NCBI GenBank assembly: GCA_009602735.1
Contig: WELA01003606.1
Coordinates: 239,197 to 303,196 of the forward strand
DNA from: Mesotaenium endlicherianum
Taxonomy: Eukaryota
Length of the DNA stretch: 64,000 nucleotides
Direction of reading: 5' to 3'
Shown here: positions 1-11,899 of the stretch, piece after piece
Position numbering within the stretch: the stretch's first letter is position 1
Layout of the letters: the number at the start of each line of letters is the position of its first letter
Translations under genes and position numbers: made by a program
Notes under the pieces: generated by a model
Seen by the model: the letters and a program-made list of their open reading frames with translations, nothing else
The model's database searches: none
Told to the model about the DNA's origin: nothing

Positions 1-56
1 GGGGGGGGTGTTTGGGGGAAGAATGGGGAAAGGGCCGGTGGCTTGGTGGCTCTCAC

Positions 57-424
57 AAGTTCTGGTGGAAGACGCAGGAGGTAACGACGAGCGAGCCACC
101 GCTGACCTCAACGGCGCCGCCGCTGACGTAAGCGGAGCATCCGGTGACGTTGGTGCGCACGAGCGCCACGTTGCCGACGCCCGAGGAGATGGCGCCGCCC
201 GAGGACTGCGCCTGGCAGCCGGCAAAGGCGCTGTCGCGCACGATCAGCGCCGTGTTGGAGGCGTAGAGCGCGCCGCCGCGCCCCGAGCTGCAGGCCTCGA
301 ACGCGCACCCCCGCACCGCAATCGAGCTGTCGGCCACCGCCGGCCGCAGCACGTCGTGCAGGAAGCCGCCCGTCTTGCCGCTGCAGTTGTACGCACGCGT
401 GTCCACGATCTCCAGAGTCTTTGC
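57..424 (-). CDS. Exon of a parallel beta-helix / polymorphic-membrane-protein-like (GGA[I/L]...F..C) repeat protein; gene continues past window start
   Basis: Open frame AKTLEIVDT...GRGGALY...SSGGAISS...VSGGAVEV...VFHQN, bounded by CAG acceptor (425-427) and GTGAG donor (52-56) on the minus strand. Confidence 0.75.
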
Positions 425-925
425 CTGAGACCTCGCGCCCGCCACCCCCCCTCAAGCACCGCCCAGCCAGCTCAGGTGAAAAAGTGGAAGCACTCACGTC
501 CGTTTCCTGTGCCCGTTCCCATGCACCCCCCTCCCCCCCCCTCTTCGCCCCTTCTGGGGCCTCCCCCCAGATCCAGCAGTAGAGCACAGCAGCGCGTCAT
601 CTCACGCGCAAATCAGGAGAGGGGTCGGTTGTCAGGAATTGCATGTTGCAAGCGCGTGTACGCACCGCCGGATGGATGCCCAGATGGGAGAGCGTTGGAG
701 TCAGCATGTGGGAGCCCGTGAACTCCCTGTCCGCCGCCCCCGGGCCCGAAGGACCAAGAAATGCCGACAGGCTGACCGCCCCCCTCCCCTCCTTCCCCCC
801 TCTGTCCGCCCTTGCACTTTACCCCCGGTCGGAGAGACCTCCAGCACTGGCCCTACCTCTAAAAGTGTCGAACTCATCAATCCCCATCCCATCCTTACCC
901 ACCCCATTTCCCCCCCTCTAGCCGC

Positions 926-2888
926 GTGGGAGATGGGACAGGAAAGACCCCTCTGACTTTTTTCTTTTGCCCTGCTACTTGAAAGCGGGGGAGCACAAAC
1001 CGGCGTCGACTGGCACAGGTAGAAATGACTGCGCACGCTATAGCTTGCTCCCGCTGAAGGCGCTGCTACAGCTCCAGCTGCATCTCGCCAACAGCAGCAG
1101 CCCTGCTATGGTCAGCAGTGCTGCATCAGTACCATCATTATCATCATCGTCGTCAGCAGCAGCAGCAGCAGGCCTCCCCACCCAGCTCCTGCGGGCTGGA
1201 AGCAAACCGCCGACCTTACCTTACCGCGTTCTTACACCGTCCCCCGCTCGGGCCGCAACCAGCAGCAGGCCTGAGACAGAACGGGGTTAAGGGGGATAGG
1301 GTAGGGTGAGCTACGGGGACACATGGGAGGGGGCTCTTCTCAAAGTGCATGCAGCCAGGAGGGAGGGGAGAAAGACGACAGGGCCAGGCAGAAGACGCAG
1401 GGCAGGGCAGGGCAGGGGCCGCAGGTAGTGGGGCGGGCCGCATACGGGTGGGCGGACCAGCGGCAGGCGGGAGGGCGGCAAATTGCCGGGCGGGCGAGCG
1501 GGGAGGCCGGCGGGGGCTCACTCACCCAGCTCTCTATGGCACCGCCGCTGCCGGTGCTGCTGATGTTGGCGAAGGAGCACCCCTCGAAGCGCAGGCGCGA
1601 CGTCGACGTTGCGACCGCCAGCAGGTCCAGCGAGGCGGCGCCCCCGCCGAATTGCGAGGCCGCGCAGTTCTGAAACCGCGAGCGCGCGATGACCCCACTG
1701 CACGAGCTGAGCACCAGGGCGGCCCCCTCCAGGGCCGCGCACCCCTCGAACAGGGTCCCCGAGATGGAGAGCCGGGGGACAGCTGTCGCCGAGAGGGCGG
1801 CCGCCTGCTGGCTGGCGGAGCAGCCAGTGAACGAGACGTCGACAAGCGCCACGCTTGCGGCCGTCTCGATGTAGATCGCACCCCCGACCACGGCCGAGCA
1901 GTTTGANGTGGGAGATGGGACAGGAAAGACCCCTCTGACTTTTTTCTTTTGCCCTGCTACTTGAAAGCGGGGGAGCACAAACCGGCGTCGACTGGCACAG
2001 GTAGAAATGACTGCGCACGCTATAGCTTGCTCCCGCTGAAGGCGCTGCTACAGCTCCAGCTGCATCTCGCCAACAGCAGCAGCCCTGCTATGGTCAGCAG
2101 TGCTGCATCAGTACCATCATTATCATCATCGTCGTCAGCAGCAGCAGCAGCAGGCCTCCCCACCCAGCTCCTGCGGGCTGGAAGCAAACCGCCGACCTTA
2201 CCTTACCGCGTTCTTACACCGTCCCCCGCTCGGGCCGCAACCAGCAGCAGGCCTGAGACAGAACGGGGTTAAGGGGGATAGGGTAGGGTGAGCTACGGGG
2301 ACACATGGGAGGGGGCTCTTCTCAAAGTGCATGCAGCCAGGAGGGAGGGGAGAAAGACGACAGGGCCAGGCAGAAGACGCAGGGCAGGGCAGGGCAGGGG
2401 CCGCAGGTAGTGGGGCGGGCCGCATACGGGTGGGCGGACCAGCGGCAGGCGGGAGGGCGGCAAATTGCCGGGCGGGCGAGCGGGGAGGCCGGCGGGGGCT
2501 CACTCACCCAGCTCTCTATGGCACCGCCGCTGCCGGTGCTGCTGATGTTGGCGAAGGAGCACCCCTCGAAGCGCAGGCGCGACGTCGACGTTGCGACCGC
2601 CAGCAGGTCCAGCGAGGCGGCGCCCCCGCCGAATTGCGAGGCCGCGCAGTTCTGAAACCGCGAGCGCGCGATGACCCCACTGCACGAGCTGAGCACCAGG
2701 GCGGCCCCCTCCAGGGCCGCGCACCCCTCGAACAGGGTCCCCGAGATGGAGAGCCGGGGGACAGCTGTCGCCGAGAGGGCGGCCGCCTGCTGGCTGGCGG
2801 AGCAGCCAGTGAACGAGACGTCGACAAGCGCCACGCTTGCGGCCGTCTCGATGTAGATCGCACCCCCGACCACGGCCGAGCAGTTTGA
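926..2888. repeat. Apparently exact 981-bp tandem duplication (926-1906 / 1908-2888) separated by one N; probable assembly artefact
   Basis: Identical ORF translations offset by 982; single N at 1907. Confidence 0.85.
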
Positions 2889-2901
2889 GAACTCCACATT
2901 C
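2508..2901 (-). CDS. Exon of the same beta-helix repeat protein
   Basis: Frame EFSNCSAVVGGAIYIE...FGGGAA...GSGGAIESW; CAG acceptor at 2902-2904, GTGAG donor at 2503-2507. A duplicate copy lies at ~1526-1906. Confidence 0.75.
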
Positions 2902-3323
2902 CTGCCACACCACAGCGTTGTTCCCCCCCCCTCCCGCCCCCTCTCCCAACAAACCCCAAATACACCCCCACCCCCACCGGCAAAGCCGCGGCCACAGCCA
3001 CACCCTCAGAGCCCCCCCCAATAGCAGCAAGCGTAGCAAGCGTCTGTGCTTGAAATATATTTTGCGGGAATCAGGTGCCGTGGAACATTGCAATGCGCAT
3101 AAAGTCTCGCAGTAAGAGAAGTGACGGGCAGGGCAGGGCAACCTGTGCTACAGAGCGCCCCTTCACCAGGCCTTGATGCCTCAGAACCCGGGAGAGCAAG
3201 AGAGGGAGCCTGTGAGAGGGCGAGAACGAGCGTCGAGGCAAGCTTGAGCGAGCACAAGAGAGGGCGAGCGCGAGTGAGGGGGAGCGAGAGGGCAAGTGTG
3301 AGAGCGAGAGCAAGCAAGCGCAC

Positions 3324-3623
3324 CGTAGCGACAGGTTGGCGCCAACGACGAGAACGGCGCCGCCGGCTGAGTCGTCCTGGTTGCCATTCCGGATGGCGAT
3401 ACCTGTCAGCTCAAGGGTAGTGCTCGCACACATGGCGGCTACCGGGCCCTCCTGCTCTGAACAGGTGTTGTTGAAGCAGCGGCCGAGGCTGCAGTCGATG
3501 ATGACTCGCGACGAAGACGCGCCCCGGATGGTGAGGTTGCGGGCCCCCACATAGGCGCCTGTGGGCGTGGAGATATGGTGCACCCCGTTGGCCAATGTGA
3601 CGGTGCCACCTGTTACTCCGAGC
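3324..3623 (-). CDS. Exon of the same beta-helix repeat protein
   Basis: LGVTGGTVTLANGVH...NLTIRG...VIIDC...LTGIAIRNGN...AGGAVLV, typical of the N-terminal part of pectin-lyase-fold repeat proteins; CAG acceptor at 3624-3626, GTGCG donor at 3319-3323. Confidence 0.7.
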
Positions 3624-4202
3624 CTGCCAGTTGTGCATCAGAGAAGCGGCTCAATCAGCAGCCTCCATGGAGATGCCTCGATTGCTTAGCACCATCACAC
3701 AGGCGGCTGCCGTGGGGGGAGCTTTCTGACGTCCTTATTATCGTGATACATGTACGTTTTCTACATTATTGTACATATATGCTTTTATGCACATGAAAAT
3801 CCACACATACAAAACTGCACACACGCACACACACATGCACACAAGAAAGCGAGCGAGAGGGAGAGCAAGAGGGAGAGGGAGAGTGCACTGCAGAAGGGCC
3901 ATGGAGGATAGGAGGAGGAGGAGGAGGAGGTTGGGGCAAGTAGCGCCACCTGGCAACCGCAAATTCCAGAGAAGCTGATGCAGACGAGCCGTGGTCGTGG
4001 TCCCCATCATCGCCAACATAGCCGACACCAACACACACACGAGTCCACGTCAGCAAGATGACCACCTGACCTCTTTCTGATGGAAGTGGAAGATCGCTCA
4101 GTTCACCAACCCCATCCCCCAAAGCCACATTAAAATCTAGCCCCAGCCCACAATCCCGAGCCAATTGAGCCGACCCTCAGGCCCCTACGCCACTCTAAAT
4201 TC

Positions 4203-4450
4203 ACCTGGGTCCACCTGGGCCTACCTGCGCCTACTTGGGCTACCTAGTCTACCTGGGCCTACCTGGGCCTACCTGGGTCCACCTGAGCCCACCACAGCTT
4301 TCCTGAGCCCACCTGAGGCTTAATCAACACCACACTCCTTGCGAGCTGTCCCTCCCTCCCTGTTCATCTCCTGCTGCTGCTGCTGGTGGTGGTGGTGGTG
4401 GTGGTGGTGATGGTGGTACTGCTGATGCTGCGGCTGCTGCAGTTGCTGCT
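4203..4450. repeat. Simple repeats: ~10-bp ACCTGGGCCT-like minisatellite, then (CTG)n/(GGT)n
   Basis: Read directly from the sequence. Confidence 0.8.
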
Positions 4451-4605
4451 TCTGCTAGCGCTGCAGCCGCGGGCTACTGGTCACGCCCGCAACTGCTGCA
4501 GCTTCCTCTCCTGCTGCTGGCTATCCCTGCAGAGACGGTGTGCAGCCAAGTTCTAACAGGGTCCTGGGAGTGACGTCCGGGAGAGTGGGCGCACCACCCC
4601 CTTAC

Positions 4606-4701
4606 CGCAGGGAGCAGCAGCAGCAGCACCAGCAGTGCCAGTGCCAGCGCGAGCACCGCAGCCAGGTGCGTCTGCACCTGCCTTCGCGTCGACAACCACA
4701 T
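4606..4701 (-). CDS. Possible first exon (signal peptide) of the beta-helix protein
   Basis: ATG at 4701 reads MWLSTRRQVQTHLAAVLALALALLVLLLLLPA and is followed by a GTAAG donor (4601-4605); linkage to the downstream exons is not proven. Confidence 0.35.
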
Positions 4702-6869
4702 CCACGCCGCCACCTGTCATTGGAGGAGGAAAGGCACAACTGAGAGCGAGCACACCCGGCAACAAAGCTAATCCTCCCCCCCCNNNNNNNNNNNNNNNNN
4801 NNNNNNNNNNNNNNNNNNNNNNNNNNNNNNNNNNNNNNNNNNNNNNNNNNNNNNNNNNNNNNNNNNNNNNNNNNNNNNNNNNNNNNNNNNNNNNNNNNNN
4901 NNNNNNNNNNNNNNNNNNNNNACCCTCCTCATCACGCGTCCCCCCGCCCCTCGCCTACCCTTCCTCTTCCCCTCCTGCCCTCAAAGACGACCTAGCTCTG
5001 GGTGCACCCTGCAGACGAGAAGGAGAGAAGGTCTAGTGCGGCCTTGGCCCTGATAAGCTGGCACTACGTCTGAGACTTGGCACGCGTTTGGCGAAACCGG
5101 GGGCGTAAGAGAACCAGCCGCAGCCGGTAGGAGCATTCTCCCTCTCTCCCTCCCTCCCTCTCTTCCTCCCCGCCTGTCCTTCTCTCCAGCGCTCCAGCGG
5201 GTGGAGTTGTCAGGCCTGCTGGCATTGCACTGAAGGGGACGTGACAGCCCCAATGTGTCCCCCTGTCGACCCCGTCTGCTTGCAAGGAAGCCCAGAGTGA
5301 TGGTTTCGCAACTTTCACATGTGGTCTCATATGCCTGTCGCTAGTGCTGCCAGCTGGCGGCCCACAGGCCCTACACTCGGTCGGCTGCTGACAGATCAAG
5401 GAGAGTGGGCCACTGATTGAAGGGCATCTCAGTAGGCAACTCTTGTTATGTTTTAGCACTCTTTTTCCCTGCCTGGAGCCTGAGTGGCAGCCGGCAGCAC
5501 AAATTTGGAGATCGAGGGCTCTCAACACTCCAGCCAGCTGAGAGGGCTCCATAAGGCAGACAGGGAGCCTTTCAGCCAAGCATTTGATTTTGCCCTCTTT
5601 GCTGTCCCTAATGCCAAAAATTGACGAGCACCTGCAAGCCTGCCATATGCTGACTGCACTCATGCGGCAAGAGGAGACCTGCAATGCTCCCCACGACCAG
5701 GAACTCGAGAGAAGGCCTTGGACTGTTTGAGTGAAAGAGAATGTGACGAGCCCAAGCAAGCCCACGAGAGGTGACATGCCCGCGTATTTCCATGTTCTCT
5801 CACTCATATGGGAGGCGGAATGCTTTCGGATCGAGTAGTTTGAGGGACCAGATTAGGTGCTCACATAAGCACGCACATGTTGGCCAGAGTGTAGCGGCCA
5901 CACAATGCCCTGTTACATTGGCATGTCCCCCTATAATGATGCATCAAGTGTCGCACAAGACCACACGAGACCGGTCACAAAGACCCCCGACCATATTCAA
6001 CTTCGCTGGGTTACACGCAGAACCATTCTGAGCTCATGGAAAGGGCCAGCTTGGGACGTTTCGTACCAGTCGTCAATTGCAGATCCCACACGACAAAAAG
6101 CAGCAGACATTTCAACTGTATCCTCCGAAACGGCGCCATTCCGATCCTTAGTGTACTTCAGAAGTTCGTATGGATGCAAGCAAAGTCCACTGCTTGAAGA
6201 TGCTCAATTGACCACCTAAAATTGTAGCCGCACAGATGTGCAGTACCATAGCTAGTAGCACTGAGGCCATGCATGACCTAAGCTGGACTCTGAGCATGTC
6301 TGCCTGCAACGAACGCTTTCTGAGAGAGCTAGAGGGCACCTAACATCTTTCCACCTCTCAAAACATTGAAAAGCATCGAACTGTTTTAGTTGGTGTTGCA
6401 GTCAGGAGCAGCACATCACATCACACATGTTTGCCTTGAAATTTGTCTGCATCGATGGCGTTCAGCAACCACGGTGCCTTAGAAGTTAGGACTACGTTAT
6501 AAGCAGCTAGAAGGGGCGCTTCGGGCCACTTCGGGCTGGCTTCGGGAGTCGGGACGCTACCCGGCACTGCCGGGAGATCTTCAGCACCGACCAAAGAAAG
6601 CGAGTGGATTGGGTAAAATGGGGACCTTTTTTTGGGCGCCTTTGAGAACCCTTTGACGAGCAAGAAAATGCCAAGGTTTGCGAAATATGCAAACAACTGC
6701 ATATTCTACTTTTAAAGGACTGTGTTGGACAATTTTTTTTTATATTGGCTGATGTTTGACATTTGGTAGGTTAGTAGTGATATACAAAACGTTCGCACTT
6801 GACACCACTTCTGGTCAATGGTATGTATGCAAGCCTACAAACTTCTTTTGCCATGCTTATCGTTTCTAG

Positions 6870-9075
6870 CTTTGAGTTTGTAAAGCAAATGGCCTCTAGC
6901 TCACACCTTATCAACCACTTGTACTTAGTTCCATCTTTATGTGACAGGAATATTTAAGAAAACCATGATACACGATCAAAAGTGTGGGCCCTTGTTGTTA
7001 CGTGGTTAAGGGTGCATCCGCAGAAGCATACTTCTCTAATATCTCTACGAGCTTGCTGGGTGCGAGGGGCACCTTGATGTTGGTCGGCCTACGGAGAACC
7101 CGAGCAGGTGCTTCACAATATGCCCCCAATTCTACGGCCGACGTAGGACTGGGCAACTGCACCAATTTATGGAATGCAACTACCATAGAAAGTTTGAATA
7201 TTGACCAGTTGACCTTTTCTGAAATGAGATGGACCATGTAGAGTTCGAGGACGCGTGTCAATGCAGGTAGTGCCTTCAGACCATGCGTACTACACCAATT
7301 TAAATCTTTCTTCAATAAGAACCATACGTGTGCCTTGTGCCAGGCGCCCAAGCCGCCGTCGAGATCTCCAACAACAATGTGTTCAATCGTTGTAGGTGTT
7401 CACTATTGGCAATCATTGCGGCTGCACACAATCGACACTAAAGTTCTACCTGAGTACGAACATCTCACATAGCGGTATGCCCTCAACCCTAAATACCTAT
7501 CCCCAGTGAAAGCACCAAATTGCTACACCCTACATACCTCGCCTCGATAATTTCCAATGCCCACCCGTACTGTGTGGGATGTACGCAAAGCCACCGACTT
7601 GCCGAGCGCCATACAGGAACCACATGCGTGCAACGGGCTCTATACTTGCGCGCGTCCATATTTTGTACGCTGCGCCCTCTTCAGCTAAGCAAGATTGTAC
7701 AACGTATGGCCGATTAAAAACATAATATAAAAAAATGAGATTGCCACCATTTCATAATGTCATGGCTGGAGTATCTCAACAAACTTAATATCTTCAAAAC
7801 AACACAGCCATCGTCGGCTGCTGCATTGAGGAATACCCCCCAAGGGGTAAGACGAGAAACGACAGGAAACTAAACATCATGAGGTCGATCAACAAGAAAT
7901 ACTCGGAGCTTAACTCAAAAATTCACTTTTATCCATCATATGACATAAACTTACAAATATTTCAAACCACCTTAGCTCCAAGGCTTATAATTGGGAAAAT
8001 ACCATTGTTACATGATTGTCCAATTCTATCCAAGCTAATGTCGCTAAGATGTGACTTAATCCTACAACCATAATTAAGAATAGGTCTCCATAAATGTACA
8101 CATTTCCTTGAATGTTTGCCACGTGTGCTGGCACTGCTGGGAGCAAGGGAGGTCTGGGTGCAAGGGAGGTCTAGCACAAGGAGCAGTAGGACTGCGGGTG
8201 CAAGTAGCAATGGTCCCTGTAATGTTCGTAGCCAATATATGTGTGACATATGTGCAAACTTATTACCTGATCCCTTGCCACATGAACGGTTTTGCTGCGG
8301 GTATGTGTAAGGCCTCTTGGGCTGGTTGTGGTTAGGTTTTCCCCCACCTCCGCCAGGTGGCCCGTAACCCTTGCGTTCCAACGTTCTATCTCCTCTAGGG
8401 TCGGTTTTCTTAGCCTTGTCCATATGTAAACCCATCACATATTCCCAACCATTAGCATGCTTATTAAATTAAAAAAATTTAGACCCTTCATTAACCCCAG
8501 ACCAACAATACTGTTGGGCTGCCACTATTTGTATCTTACGTAAGGTCAAGATGTCCACCTTCTTGAGCGGCTTTTTTGATGGCATCAGAGTCGCCATCAT
8601 CCGCAACGTCTTGAATCTTGTACAGCCGATCGTTGGCCTCCACACAAGCCTTCATCTGGGCCTTGTTGCCGTCATCAGAGCGGTTGCCAATTCCGATTAT
8701 CTCGCACTCCATGCGTAGGCGCTTCAACTCCCTGTACCTTGCCTGTTCCACCTCCTTCTCCTGTCGGCTCTCACCCTCTTGCTGGAGCAGTGCCAGCAAC
8801 TTCTTAAGCTGAGCATTTTGCATTCCTAAGGACATCTTCTCCGAGTCTAGGCTCTCTGTTCTCAAGCTCTAGTTTGAAGTAACTGCTCTGGTGTGAAAGC
8901 GTCCTAATTCTATTTGAGAAAACCTTTTTTTACTCGCTAGCTCTTCGAGTACCTTTCCCCTGGCCCTCTCATTCTCTAATTGTAACAACGAGTCCTTCAC
9001 TACGTTAGACGTCCCCTCTCCCATGGCCTCCTTGTCGTAACAGTGACCATCGGCGGACGCTAGACATTGACACAC
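6870..9075 (-). mobile_element. Degenerate DIRS/Ngaro-like tyrosine-recombinase retroelement remnant
   Basis: ORF 6998-7351 (WCSTHGLKALPA...LELYMVHL...AFHKLVQLPSPT...ARVLRRPTNIKVPL) resembles the N-terminal domain of DIRS-type recombinases. It is followed by LIVYHGFLKYS, similar to the GFLRxxE box with R changed to K. Gag-like coiled-coil fragments lie at 8440-9075 (...KAAQEG, ...ANGWEYV). Confidence 0.5.
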
Positions 9076-11899
9076 CTAACCTAAGCAAGTGCAAAAATAG
9101 TAAGGACAGGACATAGGGAGGAGTGACTCCAGGAACCGGACGAGAACTGGCCATTTTAGGTGCCGTGGGTAAAAACCCCCCTTATTAGGGAGGAAAGCCC
9201 ACGTCTTATGAGCTGTTAATGGAAAAGAATACGAGAAGTCTGAACAGGGCACTACTGGGCACTAATGGGCAACTGAGCAGCTACTAAGCACTAACTAAAG
9301 AGCAAAAAATGGGCTATGAAAATCGGTGATGAGCTAGAGCAAGGTGGTGAGCAACTAGTTAATGAGCGGAGCAACTAGTTAATGTGTGAAGTCTAGCAAC
9401 ACAAACGAGGGCAATAGAGCGTGATTAGCTATGTTATGGCCGAGAGGGATAGTGGCGGATTCGCGACGTTATGTGTGTTGGTGAGGGACGTTACGAGCAA
9501 CCTACGCTAAAAGCGAGGTAAACAAGAACATACAATCACACAAACATAAACTTTAAGTCACAAGGAAGCACAATAACACATCTCTCATAAGAACAAACAT
9601 ACAAAGCTAACACCGAAATGGTCGCGGCCTAAGTATCGTGCTCTCGAATGCTATGCCAAGTGTCTACGAAACACAATCAAACTGTAACAACTATGATGAA
9701 CGCGTCATCGCGTCATCTCACACAAATCCGAAATACACTAAATATGGAAAAGGGTTGAACCTAGAGGTCGACACGCACACGTACGACTCCCTAACCCCTA
9801 GCAATCCTTGGGCATACCCATGGGGATTGCCTATGGTACAGTGATGATCTAGCCATGGACAATGGGGGATCCCACTGGGTACCCGCGTCGACCCTTCAGG
9901 CGAGCAAACCTGGGGGTCGACCTCCACACATGTGGGCGGCAACACCATGTGTGAAGGTAGAGAAAGAGCGCGCGATTTGGGAGAAGCCTCACAGCTACTC
10001 AAAAGCAGAACCTCGTGAGCAGATCATGGGTCCCAATGTTGACCACCACTACACATAGACTAGGCCATCCTCGCCTACCACCCTAACCCGACTAACCACT
10101 AGAACCTGTGATTGACCCTCCACCCTTGAGAACACCACTAGACACCAAAGAGGACTCGACAAGGTCGGGCACGACATCCTTGCCCCCTTTGGTTTTATCT
10201 TCGGATGACACGGACGGAGGTATAGTTTCGATGCAATCTTGTTTGTTTCCTGTAAGGAAGTTAGCACATGCAATAAACACAGAACCAAACATTTGTATAG
10301 GACAAACCAAACAAATCTATGCTTTCATTCAAGCGTAAGCCATAGCGGCTGCAATTTTGCATGCTACTTAGCTATCGTGCAATGAGAATCTAGGGTTTTG
10401 TGGGTTTGTTATGCGTCATTCCCGTCAATGACAAATTTGAGTCGAATTTGTTGTAAATTATTCTTTTTTGCCCATTGCGGACTTTGTTTTCATTTACTTC
10501 ATACATGAAAACGTCATTTTGCGAAACTTCCCACACCAATGCGTGCAAGATGGAAATTTACGAATTATAAATCTGGCGAATGGCTAGACCAAGCGTAAGG
10601 TCAACCCCCCAAGCGTGGAAGTATACCTACACTTAAGCATGCCAGGTCTTAAGTGGGCAAGTCGCTTTAGTCTGGCAAGCAATTTTAACTTATGGGCAGG
10701 GTCATCCATTACCCTTCAGATGCTTTTCTGCCCATAAGAGAGAAGTGCGCTATCGTATATCTCTTCCCAAACAGGAGTTAACAGTCATAGGGACTCTAAT
10801 ATAATGTTGATCATGACACCGCCATACTTGAGGAAATCAAGCAATACATAGCTTGAAACTACGGAGCAGCCAAATACAACCTCAATACAAATATTCAAGG
10901 GGTTGCTCTGCAAAATTCTACCATTTATAATGGTCCATAGTGCACCATACAAATAGTAACAATGTAAATATATCACACGGTATTTGACCACTCCTTATGA
11001 GTGGATCACAATCATCCTACAAGCCGGGTGCTAAGGAACACCTCAGCAATATCCTCAGACATACACTGATATTCCAGCCCCAGAAAAAAATGAGTCGCAA
11101 CAAAACAAACACTTTCTACTAATACATACTTCTCCTCACCCCTACTTTGCAGCTCGACTTAATAATATTTGCCAACTTAACCCTCTCTCCTCGCATAGCA
11201 GGTCCTTCAACTCGCCCTTAATCACATAAACAAGATCCCACCAGGTTCGCACACTAATCCCAGCTATTGATGCACATATCTGTTCCTCACATCCAACATC
11301 GCAGCCTGTCACGCTCAATGTCCACAGGTAAATTGAGTTAAACTCGTCAGCAGCTCAGAATGCTGCCAAACGATACGAGTGCAATGCTACACAGCGTCGA
11401 AAGTTGATGTTGTGCCACCTGTCGTCCCCTCCACGGCCCAAAACTATCACCACAAAGAACTGCCACCTGGTTCACTTCCGTCGACTGAGTGAATCATGAC
11501 AGCCAAGGGGCGCGAAGAAGGGAGCTGCGCGCCTGCTGCCAGCTGGCAGCCCAGCTAATCGTAACAAACTTGCGACAAACTTGTTGCAAGTTCATTGTTC
11601 TCCTACGGCCTGCGGAAGAAGCATAACAAGCACACACCCGTCCCACGGGCAGCCAACAGACCGAGCCCGAGCACCACGCACAGTGGCACGCCAAGTGGCC
11701 AAAAAAGGGACCCCGTCCCCCTCCACGTGCGCTTGTCGACTGTCGTTGCCCTGAGGTGTGCTTGCAAAAACAGAAACTTTAGTTTCCAGGTACCCCTAAA
11801 TCCCCTCCCGCTGACCTTCCTGGAGGATGGGAGGCTAACCCTGACCTTTTGCTCCAGGCCCGGCCACGGCCCGGAGAAGGTAGAGAGGAGGGACTGGAT

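Noticed and set aside
926..2888. Exon duplication in the beta-helix gene
   Set aside because: The copies appear identical, are separated by one N, and the first copy lacks its splice acceptor; typical of an unmerged contig overlap.
9100..11800. Possible gene or TE in the intergenic stretch
   Set aside because: Only short ORFs without recognisable motifs or termini; no call can be supported.
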